Part shown: in pieces, positions 24,958 through 35,332 of the stretch
Layout: each line of letters opens with the position of its first letter
Position numbering within the stretch: position 1 is the stretch's first letter
Assembly: GCA_034678415.1 (NCBI GenBank)
Contig: JAXDBV010000015.1
Span: 1-54,552, forward strand
Length of the DNA: 54,552 nucleotides
Source of the DNA: Bacteroidales bacterium
GTDB taxonomy: Bacteria; Bacteroidota; Bacteroidia; Bacteroidales; VadinHA17
Direction: 5' to 3'
Position numbers and translations under genes: made by a program
Notes under the pieces: generated by a model
What the model saw: only the letters and a program-made list of their open reading frames with translations
The model's database searches: none
What the model was told of the DNA's origin: nothing

Positions 24958-26862
24958 ATGGAACAGAACCGCCGTTTGAAGCTTTTTACCGAATTCGCGC
25001 CCGTATCTCGTGCCGATTGGGAGGAAAAGATCAGGGAAGACCTGAAGGGTGCGGATTTTGAAAAGAAGCTTGTGTGGAAAACCTGTGAAGGCTTCGATGT
25101 CCGTCCATTCTACATGGCGGAGGACCTTGAACGGTGCGTAATCCCTGACGCCGTTCCCGGCGTTTTCCCTTACCTGCGGGGCAACCGTCCTGCTGGCAAC
25201 CAGTGGGAAATACGGCAGGAGCTGGAAGTGGTGCCGTCGGCTGACAACGCCGCCCATGCACTGGAGATGCTGGAAAAAGGCGCTGGTTCCCTGTGCCTCG
25301 TCCCGGATGAAACATGCATGCACGACCTGGACAAAGGAAAACATGCCGCGATCGATGAAATACTGAAAGTCTACCCTCTTGAATCCCACGGTATCCACTT
25401 CAGGTATAAAAACGGTATCCCGGGGCATATCAGCAATATACTCCTGGATCTATTGCAGGATGAGGCAAGGAGAAGGAAGATCGGTGCGGAGCGTCTCACC
25501 GCTTCCCTCGATACCGATCCGCTTTCAATCCTGTCAACAGAGAGTATTGATGAGCCCCGGCATCGCCGTGAGATGGATATGCTCACCCTTCTTCTCAGCA
25601 AGGTGGTGGCCAGGACGCCGGGGATCAGGGTGCTGACCATTCATGGCAGCCTGTTTCACAACTGCGGGGCTTCTGTTGTCCAGCAACTGGCTTTCAGCCT
25701 GGCTGCGGCCATTGAATACCTGTCCTTCTTCACGGAAATAGGGTATGAGGTGGATGATATTGCCCGTACCATACAGTTTGAGTTTGCCGCCGGCTCCGGC
25801 TTTTTCATGGAGATAGCCGGGCTGAGGGCGGCGCGCCTTCTCTGGTCAGCCGTGGTGAACGCCTACCGGCCGGCCAGCCCCTGCAGCACGCGTATGAACA
25901 TTCACACGGTTACCTCCTCATGGAACAAGACCATCTATGATCCGTATGTGAACATGCTGCGCACGACCACCGAAGCCATGTCGGCCGTGCTGGGAGGCAC
26001 AGGATCGCTTACAGTAAGGCCCTTCGATGACCACTTCAGGAGCCCCTCTGATATCTCCATCCGCTATGCCCGTAACACACAGATCATCCTGAGAGAAGAG
26101 GCCGGCCTGGCCAGGGTGGCCGACCCTGCGGCAGGTTCATACTATGTCGAGACGCTGACCTCTTCGATAGCCGATGAGGCATGGAAACTGCTGGTTGAGA
26201 CGGAAAAGGAAGGCGGGTATGTCGAAGCACTGCACAAAGGATTCATACAGGACAGCGTGGAAAGAACAGCCAATGAACGCACCAGGAATATCTTGTCTGG
26301 CAGGGATATCCTCATTGGCATCAACCGGTACCCCAACCCCGATGAGCGTATGGAGCCGGAAATACAAGATCATTCTGAGGGAAGAGAGACAACCAAGAAG
26401 GCCGGGTCACGGGTGCTCCGGCCCTGCAGGGCATCGCAAGCCTTCGAGGAGATGAGGCTGCGGACCGAACAAAAATCTCCTGCACCTCCACGGGTGTTCC
26501 TTTTCACGTACGGGAACCCTGCTATACGTAAAGCCAGAGCCTCCTTTGCCACCGGGTTCATGGCCTGTGCAGGATTTACCATCATCGATAACCCCGGTTT
26601 TACCTCCGTCGATGAAGGGGTAAAGGCATGCCTCGACCAGAAACCGGACATCGTCGTGATCTGTTCCTCCGACGAGGAGTATCCGGCCATCGTACCCTCA
26701 ATCTGTGAAGCATTGAAAAACAACGCTGTTCTTGTGCTGGCCGGTTATCCGCAGGAAACGGCCGGCCGGATGAGGGAGGCCGGAATAAAACATTTCATCT
26801 ACCTGCACTCCAATATCCTTGAAACCCTTGAAGCAATCCAGAAAGAACTTGGAATACTGTGA
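24958..26862 (+). CDS. mutA: Methylmalonyl-CoA mutase small (beta) subunit
   Basis: ~634 aa, collinear with mutase TIM-barrel and C-terminal Rossmann-like domains. It lacks the DxHxxG B12 motif and lies directly upstream of mutB. Confidence 0.85.
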   Translation: MEQNRRLKLFTEFAPVSRADWEEKIREDLKGADFEKKLVWKTCEGFDVRPFYMAEDLERCVIPDAVPGVFPYLRGNRPAGNQWEIRQELEVVPSADNAAHALEMLEKGAGSLCLVPDETCMHDLDKGKHAAIDEILKVYPLESHGIHFRYKNGIPGHISNILLDLLQDEARRRKIGAERLTASLDTDPLSILSTESIDEPRHRREMDMLTLLLSKVVARTPGIRVLTIHGSLFHNCGASVVQQLAFSLAAAIEYLSFFTEIGYEVDDIARTIQFEFAAGSGFFMEIAGLRAARLLWSAVVNAYRPASPCSTRMNIHTVTSSWNKTIYDPYVNMLRTTTEAMSAVLGGTGSLTVRPFDDHFRSPSDISIRYARNTQIILREEAGLARVADPAAGSYYVETLTSSIADEAWKLLVETEKEGGYVEALHKGFIQDSVERTANERTRNILSGRDILIGINRYPNPDERMEPEIQDHSEGRETTKKAGSRVLRPCRASQAFEEMRLRTEQKSPAPPRVFLFTYGNPAIRKARASFATGFMACAGFTIIDNPGFTSVDEGVKACLDQKPDIVVICSSDEEYPAIVPSICEALKNNAVLVLAGYPQETAGRMREAGIKHFIYLHSNILETLEAIQKELGIL

Positions 26863-26908
26863 AACCTTTAACACATACTCCTGTCATAACGGATAAACCT
26901 TTCACCCT

Positions 26909-29065
26909 ATGCGACCCGATTTCAGCAAGATGGATTACCGTAGCCTGATATCCTCCGCCTCACCCGGCAAGGTAAGCAGGGAAGAAACGGCGGGCGGGGA
27001 TACGTGGATGACGGCGGAGCAGATAGCGGTGAAGCCCGCTTTCACGGCTGGCGACCTTGACGGTATGGAGCACCTGTCCTACGCTGCCGGCTTACCGCCT
27101 TTCCTGCGCGGCCCTTACGCCACAATGTATGTCCTTCATCCCTGGACCATCCGTCAGTACGCCGGGTTCTCCACGGCGGAGGAGTCGAACGCTTTCTATC
27201 GTCGCAACCTGGCGGCCGGACAGAAAGGCCTGTCCATCGCCTTCGATCTTGCCACCCACCGGGGTTATGACTCCGACCATGAACGGGTGATCGGCGATGT
27301 GGGTAAGGCCGGTGTGGCCGTGGACTCGGTGCTCGACATGAAGATCCTTTTTAACCAGATACCCCTTGACCAGATGTCGGTATCCATGACCATGAACGGT
27401 GCCGTCCTTCCCGTTATGGCATTCTATATCGTCACCGCCGAAGAGCAGGGAGTGAAGCCCTCGCTGCTGTCGGGCACCATACAGAACGATATATTAAAGG
27501 AGTTCATGGTGCGCAACACGTATATCTATCCTCCACGGGCATCCATGCGCATCATCGCCGACATAATGGCTTACACTTCCCGGCATATGCCGCGGTTCAA
27601 CTCGATCAGCGTGTCAGGCTACCATATGCATGAGGCCGGGGCTACTGCCGATCTCGAGCTGGCTTATACTCTTGCCGACGGGCTTGAATACCTGCGTACC
27701 GGCATCGCTGCGGGGCTCGATATAGACACCTTTGCCCCGCGTATCTCTTTCTTCTGGGCCATAGGGATGAACCATTTTATGGAGATCGCCAAGATGAGGG
27801 CCGCGAGGATGCTGTGGGCCAGGATCGTGAAACAGTTCCACCCGAAGAACCCCAGGTCGCTGGCCTTGCGTACACATTGCCAGACCTCGGGCTGGAGCCT
27901 CACCGAGCAGGATCCTTTTAACAATGTGACACGCACATGTATTGAAGCGCTGGCCGCCGCGCTGGGCCATACACAGAGCCTCCACACCAACGCGCTGGAT
28001 GAAGCCATCGCCCTCCCCACCGACTTCTCAGCCCGCATAGCGCGCAACACCCAGCTCTACCTCCAGGAGGAGACACAGATCACACGCACCGTTGATCCCT
28101 GGGCCGGGTCATATTATGTGGAGTACCTCACGCATGAGCTGGCCCACAAAGCGTGGAAACTGATACAGGAGATCGAAGAGATGGGAGGCATGGCACGGGC
28201 TATTGAGACAGGCCTGCCCAAGATGCGCATCGAGGAAGCGGCGGCACGCAAACAGGCTCGTATCGATGCCGGCAAGGATATCATCGTGGGGGTGAACAGG
28301 TACAAACCCGACAGGGAAGAACCCATTGATATCCTTGAGGTGGACAACACGGTGGTGCGCGAAGCGCAGATCAGACGGCTGCAGCAGCTGCGCAGGGAGA
28401 GGAACAATGACGAGGTGCAGCGTTGCCTCGATGCCCTGACAAAAGGATGCGAAGACGACCGGGCTAACCTGCTGGAGCTGTCGGTCGTGGCGGCACGGCA
28501 CCGGGCCACCCTGGGAGAGATCTCCTATGCAATGGAGAAAGTGTTCGGCAGATACAAGGCGGTGACACGGATCGTGTCGGGGATTTATTCTTCGGAATCG
28601 GGTACGGATGAGCACTTTGCCGTTGCGCGGAGCCTGGCCGCCCGTTTTGCCGGAGCCAACGGCCGCCAGCCAAGAATCATGATAGCAAAAATGGGACAGG
28701 ACGGCCATGACCGTGGCGCCAAGGTAGTGGCTACAGGCTATGCCGACATCGGGTTCGACGTCGACATAGGTCCCCTCTTCCAGACCCCTGCCGAAGCGGC
28801 CCGCCAGGCAGTGGAGAACGACGTGCATGTACTGGGGGTATCCACCCTGGCCGCCGGCCATAAAACCCTCGTGCCTCAGGTCATCGGGGAACTGAAAAAG
28901 CTGGGACGCGAGGACATCATGGTGATCGCGGGAGGAGTGATACCGGTACAGGACTACGAGTTCCTGTACAAGGCCGGCGTCGTGGCTGTCTTCGGACCGG
29001 GAACATCCGTATCGGCCACGGCCAGAAAGATCCTGGAGATATTGCTGGAAACGCATGCGGGATGA
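26909..29065 (+). CDS. mutB: Methylmalonyl-CoA mutase large (alpha) subunit
   Basis: 718 aa. Substrate-barrel motifs ([32 protein letters not shown]) and the C-terminal B12-binding motif [12 protein letters not shown]. Confidence 0.95.
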   Translation: MRPDFSKMDYRSLISSASPGKVSREETAGGDTWMTAEQIAVKPAFTAGDLDGMEHLSYAAGLPPFLRGPYATMYVLHPWTIRQYAGFSTAEESNAFYRRNLAAGQKGLSIAFDLATHRGYDSDHERVIGDVGKAGVAVDSVLDMKILFNQIPLDQMSVSMTMNGAVLPVMAFYIVTAEEQGVKPSLLSGTIQNDILKEFMVRNTYIYPPRASMRIIADIMAYTSRHMPRFNSISVSGYHMHEAGATADLELAYTLADGLEYLRTGIAAGLDIDTFAPRISFFWAIGMNHFMEIAKMRAARMLWARIVKQFHPKNPRSLALRTHCQTSGWSLTEQDPFNNVTRTCIEALAAALGHTQSLHTNALDEAIALPTDFSARIARNTQLYLQEETQITRTVDPWAGSYYVEYLTHELAHKAWKLIQEIEEMGGMARAIETGLPKMRIEEAAARKQARIDAGKDIIVGVNRYKPDREEPIDILEVDNTVVREAQIRRLQQLRRERNNDEVQRCLDALTKGCEDDRANLLELSVVAARHRATLGEISYAMEKVFGRYKAVTRIVSGIYSSESGTDEHFAVARSLAARFAGANGRQPRIMIAKMGQDGHDRGAKVVATGYADIGFDVDIGPLFQTPAEAARQAVENDVHVLGVSTLAAGHKTLVPQVIGELKKLGREDIMVIAGGVIPVQDYEFLYKAGVVAVFGPGTSVSATARKILEILLETHAG

Positions 29066-29265
29066 AACTACTTTTCGTGCCGGTCAGCAGCTCAGGATTG
29101 TCCCTGCAGGATAGTGCCCGGGGATAAAAGCTATCCGGGAAAAGTCAAATGAACCGCTGAATTGTTTCTCCTCCGACGTAAAATAAATGGCAATATGCCG
29201 CAGAAGAGAGGGATTGAATGAAGGAAATGAAAATCTCTACGTACCTTTCACAAGAAAAATGACGC

Positions 29266-29781
29266 ATGAAAAAGTATATTCTTTTTTGCCTGTTCATCTT
29301 CTCATTCCGGATGCCGGTCTTGTCACAATCGCTCAACCTGCTGACGGTGGATGAGAAACGGGGTGTTCCTATTCTCATCGGCTGGTGCAGCCGGGAAGGA
29401 TTTGATATGGAGCCCTTTGCCTGGTTCAGTGAAGAGTACAACCGTTACACGCCCGATATGGCCACATTGTCCAGGCTGACGGCCAGTGACCTGGCCGGTG
29501 TGACCATCACCGTTATTCTCGGCACCTGGTGCTCCGATTCACAGAGGGAGGTGCCACGGTTCTTCCGGATGCTGGATGAGTGCCCTTTCGACCAGTCGAT
29601 GATCGAGCTCATCTGTGTTAACTCCGCCAAGGAGGTGCCGGGAGAAGACATAGCCGCGTACGGGATCGAACGGGTGCCCACCTTCATCTTTTACCGCGAT
29701 GATGCCGAAGCCGGCAGGATCGTTGAGACACCTGTTGAAAGCCTTGAAAAGGATATGGTTGCGATTCTTCTGTCAAAATAA
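29266..29781 (+). CDS. Secreted thioredoxin-fold protein with a monothiol CxxS site
   Basis: Signal peptide MKKYILFCLFIFSF. Thioredoxin-fold string ILGTWCSDSQREVPRF ... VPTFIFY. Confidence 0.65.
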   Translation: MKKYILFCLFIFSFRMPVLSQSLNLLTVDEKRGVPILIGWCSREGFDMEPFAWFSEEYNRYTPDMATLSRLTASDLAGVTITVILGTWCSDSQREVPRFFRMLDECPFDQSMIELICVNSAKEVPGEDIAAYGIERVPTFIFYRDDAEAGRIVETPVESLEKDMVAILLSK

Positions 29782-29803
29782 GACTATTTCACCCCGATTT
29801 TAT

Positions 29804-29811
29804 TATATTTG
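29804..29811 (+). promoter_or_regulatory. -7 promoter box TATATTTG
   Basis: Exact TAnnTTTG, 25 nt upstream of the ATG at 29836. It argues against the track TTG start at 29809. Confidence 0.45.
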
Positions 29812-29835
29812 GTTCATATCAACAAACGACAACCT

Positions 29836-30399
29836 ATGGAAGAACAACAACCAATCCGGGAGCAGAAGTCTAATGCCGGCCAGGGACTTGGCATAGCAGG
29901 TCTTGTGCTGGGCATCATTTCGCTCATCATTGCCTTCATCCCCTGCTTCGGCTGGGTGGCTATAGTGCCGGGCGCCGTGGCCATCGTGCTCAGCGTGGTG
30001 GGTTTGTCCCAGGCCACCAAAGTGAACGCTCCCAAAGGAATCATTGTGGCTGCCCTGGTCATCTCGATCATCGGTACCTGCATCGCTGCGGTGTGGGGTG
30101 TGATATTATCCTCTGTTGCCCATGAAGGAAAAGGATGGTTCGACAAGATTGAGAAGGTGGGAAAAGAGTTTGAGAAAGGGTTCGAGGATGAGACGGGTGA
30201 GGATTTGGATAAGAGCGTTAAAGATATGGGGGATGAGCTGGAGAAAGCCATGGATGAGATCGGCAAGGAGATGGAGGGAGTCTTTGATTCCGTCGGCAAC
30301 CTGACAGATGAGGAAAAAGCGGCTAAAATGGGACGGGCGGCAGGCAAGGCCCTGAAAGAGTTCACGAAGGAGATATCCGATTCAACGAGGGATAAATGA
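29836..30399 (+). CDS. DUF4190-like small membrane protein with an acidic coiled-coil tail
   Basis: GLGIAGLVLGIISLIIAFIPCFGWVAIVPGAVAIVLSVVGL and a further TM helix, then a Glu/Lys/Asp-rich C-terminus. Confidence 0.6.
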   Translation: MEEQQPIREQKSNAGQGLGIAGLVLGIISLIIAFIPCFGWVAIVPGAVAIVLSVVGLSQATKVNAPKGIIVAALVISIIGTCIAAVWGVILSSVAHEGKGWFDKIEKVGKEFEKGFEDETGEDLDKSVKDMGDELEKAMDEIGKEMEGVFDSVGNLTDEEKAAKMGRAAGKALKEFTKEISDSTRDK

Positions 30400-30415
30400 A
30401 TCAGGGTCAGGAACA

Positions 30416-30844
30416 ATGGGTTACCGTGCCCTGATATGTAAACCTTACCCTTTAATTAACCTGACTTTTGCCGGAATGATACTGGTTATACTGGTATATT
30501 CCGGTATTTTTTCTGCCACCAAGGACAATCATCCTGTTCCCTCGTTCTATGAAAAGATTACCGGCAGCCCTTCCCCGGGCAGCGGGTTGTCAAGGAGTTT
30601 CTCGGAGATCGTAAGGCTGCGCTTCGACAGTGCGCTCGAATTCAATCCGTACGGGATACGGGTGTTCCTGTTCTTTTTTATCCAGCTCTTTTTAAGAAGC
30701 CTCTTTACCTGGCTCTATCTGACGAACCGCATCCGTGCAGGGCGGCTGGTAACAACCGATGCGGTACTGTCGGCCGGACTGTTTGTTGTTTGTTTCCGCG
30801 ATTTTATCCGGTTCTGGATAGCATCATTAGGGTCTGTAATTTAG
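30416..30844 (+). CDS. DUF2752-like membrane protein (Cys-less variant)
   Basis: The string ITGSPSPGSGLSRSFSEIVRLRFDSALEFNPYG aligns from memory to the DUF2752 core (TG.pCPgCG.TR......A...NP.g), with Ser in place of the Cys residues. Several TM helices are present. Confidence 0.45.
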   Translation: MGYRALICKPYPLINLTFAGMILVILVYSGIFSATKDNHPVPSFYEKITGSPSPGSGLSRSFSEIVRLRFDSALEFNPYGIRVFLFFFIQLFLRSLFTWLYLTNRIRAGRLVTTDAVLSAGLFVVCFRDFIRFWIASLGSVI

Positions 30845-30886
30845 CCGCGTGCCTGCATGGGCATGCGTTCACCGTCAGGTTAGTCA

Positions 30887-31747
30887 TCAGTACCTGCCGG
30901 GATCTGCACAGAATTCCTGCAGTGTAAACGATTGTTTCATCCGTATTCCTTTTTCCGAATCCTCCAGGTTGCAACATTCCACATACAGGTCATGCTGGAA
31001 GAATAGGATATATCGGTTCTCAAGCGCTTCCCTCAGAAACGATTCCTTTTCACGCATGGTGACCAGCGGCCTGACATCATAGGCCATATTGTACTTCACG
31101 GGGATATGCACTGAGGTGGGGATAAGATCGGCTGCAAAGACAAGGATCCTTCCCTCATACTGCACCAGAGGGATGATCTGACCGGCAGTATGCCCGTGGA
31201 ACAGCCTCAGCATCACTCCCGGGCACAACTCGGTGTCACAGTCGATAAAGTCCAGCTTGCCGCTCTCAAGCATGGGATGCAGGTTTTCATCCAGATAGGA
31301 ATCGGCTTCCCGCACGTTGGGATTGACGGCCCAGTCCCACTGCTGGTGGCTGACAAGGTACCGCGCGCCGGGGAAGGTCAGCTCATATCCCGTCCGGCTA
31401 CTGTTCCACTTCACTCCACCCCCGCAATGATCACTGTGAAGATGCGTGAGCACCATATCGGTAATATCTCCCTCAGCCAAACCGGCTTTCTTCAGCGCTC
31501 CCGCCAGCTCATGACCCCCGTTAAGATACAGGTGACGGAAATACTTTTTCCCCTGCTTGTCACCATAGCCGTTATCGATAAGGATCTTGCGATCGCCTGT
31601 ATCGATCAGCAGGGAGCGGATGGCAAAATTACAGAGGTTATCATCGTTGGCGGGATACCTCTTCTGCCAGATGACCTTGGGCACCACCCCGAACATAGCG
31701 CCCCCGTCAACCATGAAATTAGTGATATGAACAGAATAAAGCTTCAT
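30887..31747 (-). CDS. MBL-fold metallo-hydrolase
   Basis: HxHxDH motif LTHLHSDHCGG, with later His/Asp ligands (FHGHTAG). Confidence 0.85.
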   Translation of the reverse strand: MKLYSVHITNFMVDGGAMFGVVPKVIWQKRYPANDDNLCNFAIRSLLIDTGDRKILIDNGYGDKQGKKYFRHLYLNGGHELAGALKKAGLAEGDITDMVLTHLHSDHCGGGVKWNSSRTGYELTFPGARYLVSHQQWDWAVNPNVREADSYLDENLHPMLESGKLDFIDCDTELCPGVMLRLFHGHTAGQIIPLVQYEGRILVFAADLIPTSVHIPVKYNMAYDVRPLVTMREKESFLREALENRYILFFQHDLYVECCNLEDSEKGIRMKQSFTLQEFCADPGRY

Positions 31748-31810
31748 GGCCGTATGATGATTAAATGTATCTTTAAAACACGAATGTACGCTTTCATTTG
31801 ATGTCTGAAA

Positions 31811-31895
31811 AATATTAAATATATTTCAATAATATATGAATATTATTAATCATTTATTTATATTTATTAATATTATATTAAATAATATTAAATAT
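31811..31895. repeat. Two copies of AATATTAAATAT inside an almost G/C-free divergent promoter region
   Basis: The copies lie at 31811-31822 and 31884-31895. I count only 3 G/C in the 96 nt from 31811 to 31906. Confidence 0.8.
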
Positions 31896-31906
31896 TTTTT
31901 AATTTT

Positions 31907-33301
31907 TTGAAAGAACAAACACATATTCATTTCATTGCTATTGGCGGGGCAGTAATGCACAACCTGGCCATTGACATGCACAGCCGGGGTTTTGTTGTAA
32001 GCGGTTCCGATGATGAGATCTTTGAACCTGCGCGGTCGAGGCTCGCCGCTTGCGGACTTCTTCCGGCAAGTGAAGGCTGGCATCCCGAAAAGATCAGCCG
32101 GGAGCTGGATGCCGTGATCCTGGGCATGCATGCCCGCATGGATAATCCCGATCTGATTCGTTGTCTGGAGCTGGGCATAAAGGTGTATTCATTTCCCGAA
32201 TACCTGTACGAGCAGACCAGGGACAAGCTCCGTGTGGTGGTGGGAGGCAGTCACGGCAAGACCACCATCACGTCCATGATCATGCATGTGCTGAAGGAGG
32301 CGGGCATCGTTTTTGATTACCTTGTGGGGGCGCAGGTGCAGGGCTTCGACACCATGGTGAGTGTCAAAGAGACATCGAAGCTGGCAGTGTTCGAGGGCGA
32401 TGAATACCTGAGCTCGGCCATTGATCCCCGCCCGAAATTTCATCTCTACAGACCGCATATCGCTGTTATCAGCGGTATAGCATGGGATCATATGAACGTG
32501 TTTCCCACCATTGAAAATTACACCGATCAGTTCAGGAAATTCATCCGACTGGTAGAAGAGGGAGGAAGTATTATTTACTATGAAGGTGACTGTCTCCTTG
32601 CCGACCTGGTTGAGACATCGAAGAGAAAGATAAAAAAGATCCCATATAACGGTCATCCGTCGGTGGTCAGGGACGGGACAACGTATCTTCTTCACGGGAA
32701 GGGGAAGACCGCCATAAAGCTGTTTGGCCGGCATAACCTACTGAATATAGATGCCGCCCTGCATGTATGCCGGGAGCTGGGTGTCACCGACCGGTTGTTC
32801 TACCGTGCCATCGGCACCTTTACGGGTGCTGCCCGTCGGTTGCAGCTGCTGTCGCAGTCGCGTATCACGGCTGTGTACTATGATTTCGCTCATGCCCCGT
32901 CGAAGCTGAGGGCTACCGTCGGCGCGGTGAAGGAACAGTTCCCTCACCGCGGGCTCACCGCCTGTATCGAGTTGCACACCTTCAGCAGCCTCAACAGGGA
33001 GTTTCTTCCCCAGTACGCGGGCTGCATGGATCAGGCGGAGGAGGCCGTGGTATTCTTCAACCCCGAGACGCTGACGCACAAGCGGCTCCCTACCCTGCCG
33101 CCGGACGATCTCAGGAAAGCTTTTGCCCGCGATGACCTGCGGGTATTCAACAACGCAGAAGCATTGAGCGAACACCTGTTATCATCCGGCTGGGAGAACA
33201 GGAACCTGCTGCTGATGAGCTCGGGTAACCTCGGGGGCATCGATGTACATGAACTGGCGGAGAAGATTACGGGGAAAGTCAGGGGCCGGAGGAAGAGGTG
33301 A
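31907..33301 (+). CDS. mpl: UDP-N-acetylmuramate:L-alanyl-gamma-D-glutamyl-meso-diaminopimelate ligase-like Mur ligase
   Basis: N-terminus IHFIAIGGAVMHNLA, P-loop GGSHGKTTITSM, Mur ligase middle and C-terminal domains. Only a TTG start (31907) is available upstream of the conserved N-terminus. Confidence 0.8.
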   Translation: MKEQTHIHFIAIGGAVMHNLAIDMHSRGFVVSGSDDEIFEPARSRLAACGLLPASEGWHPEKISRELDAVILGMHARMDNPDLIRCLELGIKVYSFPEYLYEQTRDKLRVVVGGSHGKTTITSMIMHVLKEAGIVFDYLVGAQVQGFDTMVSVKETSKLAVFEGDEYLSSAIDPRPKFHLYRPHIAVISGIAWDHMNVFPTIENYTDQFRKFIRLVEEGGSIIYYEGDCLLADLVETSKRKIKKIPYNGHPSVVRDGTTYLLHGKGKTAIKLFGRHNLLNIDAALHVCRELGVTDRLFYRAIGTFTGAARRLQLLSQSRITAVYYDFAHAPSKLRATVGAVKEQFPHRGLTACIELHTFSSLNREFLPQYAGCMDQAEEAVVFFNPETLTHKRLPTLPPDDLRKAFARDDLRVFNNAEALSEHLLSSGWENRNLLLMSSGNLGGIDVHELAEKITGKVRGRRKR

Positions 33302-33429
33302 GATATGAGCCGGCAGGGGGATTGAATGTCCCTCACCGGATCATGTTAACTTCCGCATCGATATCTCTGCCACTCGCCTTACAATCCTCCCGTCTGCCCT
33401 TTATCCTGCCCCGACGGTTGTTGCCGGTA

Positions 33430-34560
33430 TCATTCGGCTGAAAACTTATAGATACATACGGACCTGTATTTCTCTCCGGGGTTCAGCACCACCGGCGGGA
33501 AATCCGGCTTATTGGGTGAATCGGGGAAGTGTTGTGTCTCGAGGCAGATAGCTCCGCGGAAGGGATATACCTTGTTGTTCTTGCCGGTGACCGATCCGTC
33601 GAGGAAGTTACCGGTATATACCTGGAGGCCGGGTTCACTGGTATACACCTCCAGTGAGCGTCCGCTGGTCGGCTCGTGCAGCCTGGCGGCCAGTATGACG
33701 GTGCTGTCGGCCTGAGTCTTCAGCACCCAGTTATGGTCGTATCCCCTGCCGAACTGCAGCTGTTCGTAGGCCATATCGATCCGTTCGCCGATGGGATGGG
33801 GCTGTGTAAAGTCGAAGGGTGTATCGTACACCGGGCGCAGCTCGCCGGTAGGGATAAGGTCGGCGCTCACGGGGGTGAAGTAAGGTGCGTTGATCGTCAG
33901 GGCATGATCAAGGATGAGTCCTTCGCCTGCCCCCTTCAGGTTAAAATAGGAATGGTTGGTAAGATTGACGATGGTAGGCTTGTCGGTGGTGGCCAAATAA
34001 TCGATCCTCAGCTCATTGTCATCTGTCAGGGTATAGGTCACTTCAATGCTGAGGGTACCGGGGTACCCGGCCTCCATGTCGGGCGATGTATATTTTAAAC
34101 TGAGCATGTTGGGACTGACCTGGCTGGCATCCCACACCTGTGTGTTGTATCCTTTGCTACCGCCGTGCAGGTGGTTGGGACCGTTATTGGCCTCAAGCAG
34201 GTATTCGGTACCGTTCAGGGTGAAGCGTGCCTGGCCAATGCGGTTGCCGTAACGGCCGATGATGGCCCCGAAGTTATTTTTGATGCTGACATAATCATGT
34301 ATATTGTCAAACCCGAGCACCACATCGCCGAAGGAGCCGTTCCTGTCGGGGGCCATGACCGACACCACCACCCCGCCATAGTTGGTGACGGTCACTTCCA
34401 TACCACCGGCATTGGTGAGGACATAGAGGCTGACGGGTTTGCCGTCGATAATAGTGTCGAACGCTTCCTTTGTGAGGCCGGATTTTGTTTCGGTGACAAC
34501 GGCCCGTGGCTGGCACGCCGCAACAGCACAGCAGACCAGCATTATGAATGTTCTTTTCAT
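33430..34560 (-). CDS. galM: Aldose 1-epimerase (galactose mutarotase), lipoprotein
   Basis: Motifs GPNHLHGGSKGY, LTNHSYFNL and CLETQHFPDSPN. Lipobox AVAAC. Confidence 0.9.
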   Translation of the reverse strand: MKRTFIMLVCCAVAACQPRAVVTETKSGLTKEAFDTIIDGKPVSLYVLTNAGGMEVTVTNYGGVVVSVMAPDRNGSFGDVVLGFDNIHDYVSIKNNFGAIIGRYGNRIGQARFTLNGTEYLLEANNGPNHLHGGSKGYNTQVWDASQVSPNMLSLKYTSPDMEAGYPGTLSIEVTYTLTDDNELRIDYLATTDKPTIVNLTNHSYFNLKGAGEGLILDHALTINAPYFTPVSADLIPTGELRPVYDTPFDFTQPHPIGERIDMAYEQLQFGRGYDHNWVLKTQADSTVILAARLHEPTSGRSLEVYTSEPGLQVYTGNFLDGSVTGKNNKVYPFRGAICLETQHFPDSPNKPDFPPVVLNPGEKYRSVCIYKFSAE

Positions 34561-34589
34561 CCGTTCAGCTTTTTATTATTTGTGTTAAA

Positions 34590-34597
34590 CAAAATTA
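34590..34597 (-). promoter_or_regulatory. -7 promoter box TAATTTTG for galM
   Basis: The plus strand reads CAAAATTA, 30 nt upstream of the galM ATG. Confidence 0.45.
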
Positions 34598-34788
34598 GAA
34601 ATATATTTTGTAAATTTTCTCTCCATTTTTATGTACGAAATTTAGTACCACGACCAAGGTCTTTCACCGGGGAATTCCAGGGACAAAAATGGGAACAGGT
34701 TTCAGGTGTATTTTCCTTACCTGATTATTCAGGCGGAATGTGCTATGCAGACTACAACTATGATTTCAATGACCATGTATAGATTTTG

Positions 34789-34796
34789 TATCTTTG
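34789..34796 (+). promoter_or_regulatory. -7 promoter box TATCTTTG for the DUF488 pair
   Basis: Exact TAnnTTTG, 8 nt upstream of the ATG at 34805. Confidence 0.45.
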
Positions 34797-34804
34797 TCAT
34801 CATC

Positions 34805-35332
34805 ATGGAAGTCCTTAATTTACACATTTTTACAATTGGTTATGCCAATCACAATGCTGATTCCTTTATTCATCTGCTGAAAAGCAATAACATAAATTTC
34901 CTTGTCGATGTGAGAAGCATTCCGTATTCAAAACATAATACTATTTTTTCACAAAAAGAGCTTAAAAACCTTCTCCAATCATATAATATTAAATATAAAT
35001 GGATGGGAGACTCGTTGGGTGGACGAAGAACTGATTTAATGTCTGAAACAGGTCTTATAAATGACAATGAATATGATAATGACCCGATCTATAAAAATGG
35101 AATAGCAGAATTACTGCGACTGAGTTTACAAAAAGTTATTTGTTTAATGTGTAGTGAAGAAGACCCCAGAGAATGCCATAGGCATATGATCATTGCAAAC
35201 ACATTGATTAAGAGAAAGTTTGAACATTGTGCCAAAATAAATGACATAGATGTAACACATATCAGAGCTGATGGAAGAAAAGAAGACGCAAAGAAAATAC
35301 TGGTTCACATTCAACTAAAACTTTTCAAATGA
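34805..35332 (+). CDS. DUF488 family protein (paralog 1)
   Basis: IFTIGYANHNADSFIHLLKSNNINFLVDVRSIPYS ... VICLMCSEEDPRECHRHMIIAN match the DUF488 N-terminal and C-terminal CHR signatures. The start is at M34 of the track ORF. Confidence 0.8.
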   Translation: MEVLNLHIFTIGYANHNADSFIHLLKSNNINFLVDVRSIPYSKHNTIFSQKELKNLLQSYNIKYKWMGDSLGGRRTDLMSETGLINDNEYDNDPIYKNGIAELLRLSLQKVICLMCSEEDPRECHRHMIIANTLIKRKFEHCAKINDIDVTHIRADGRKEDAKKILVHIQLKLFK

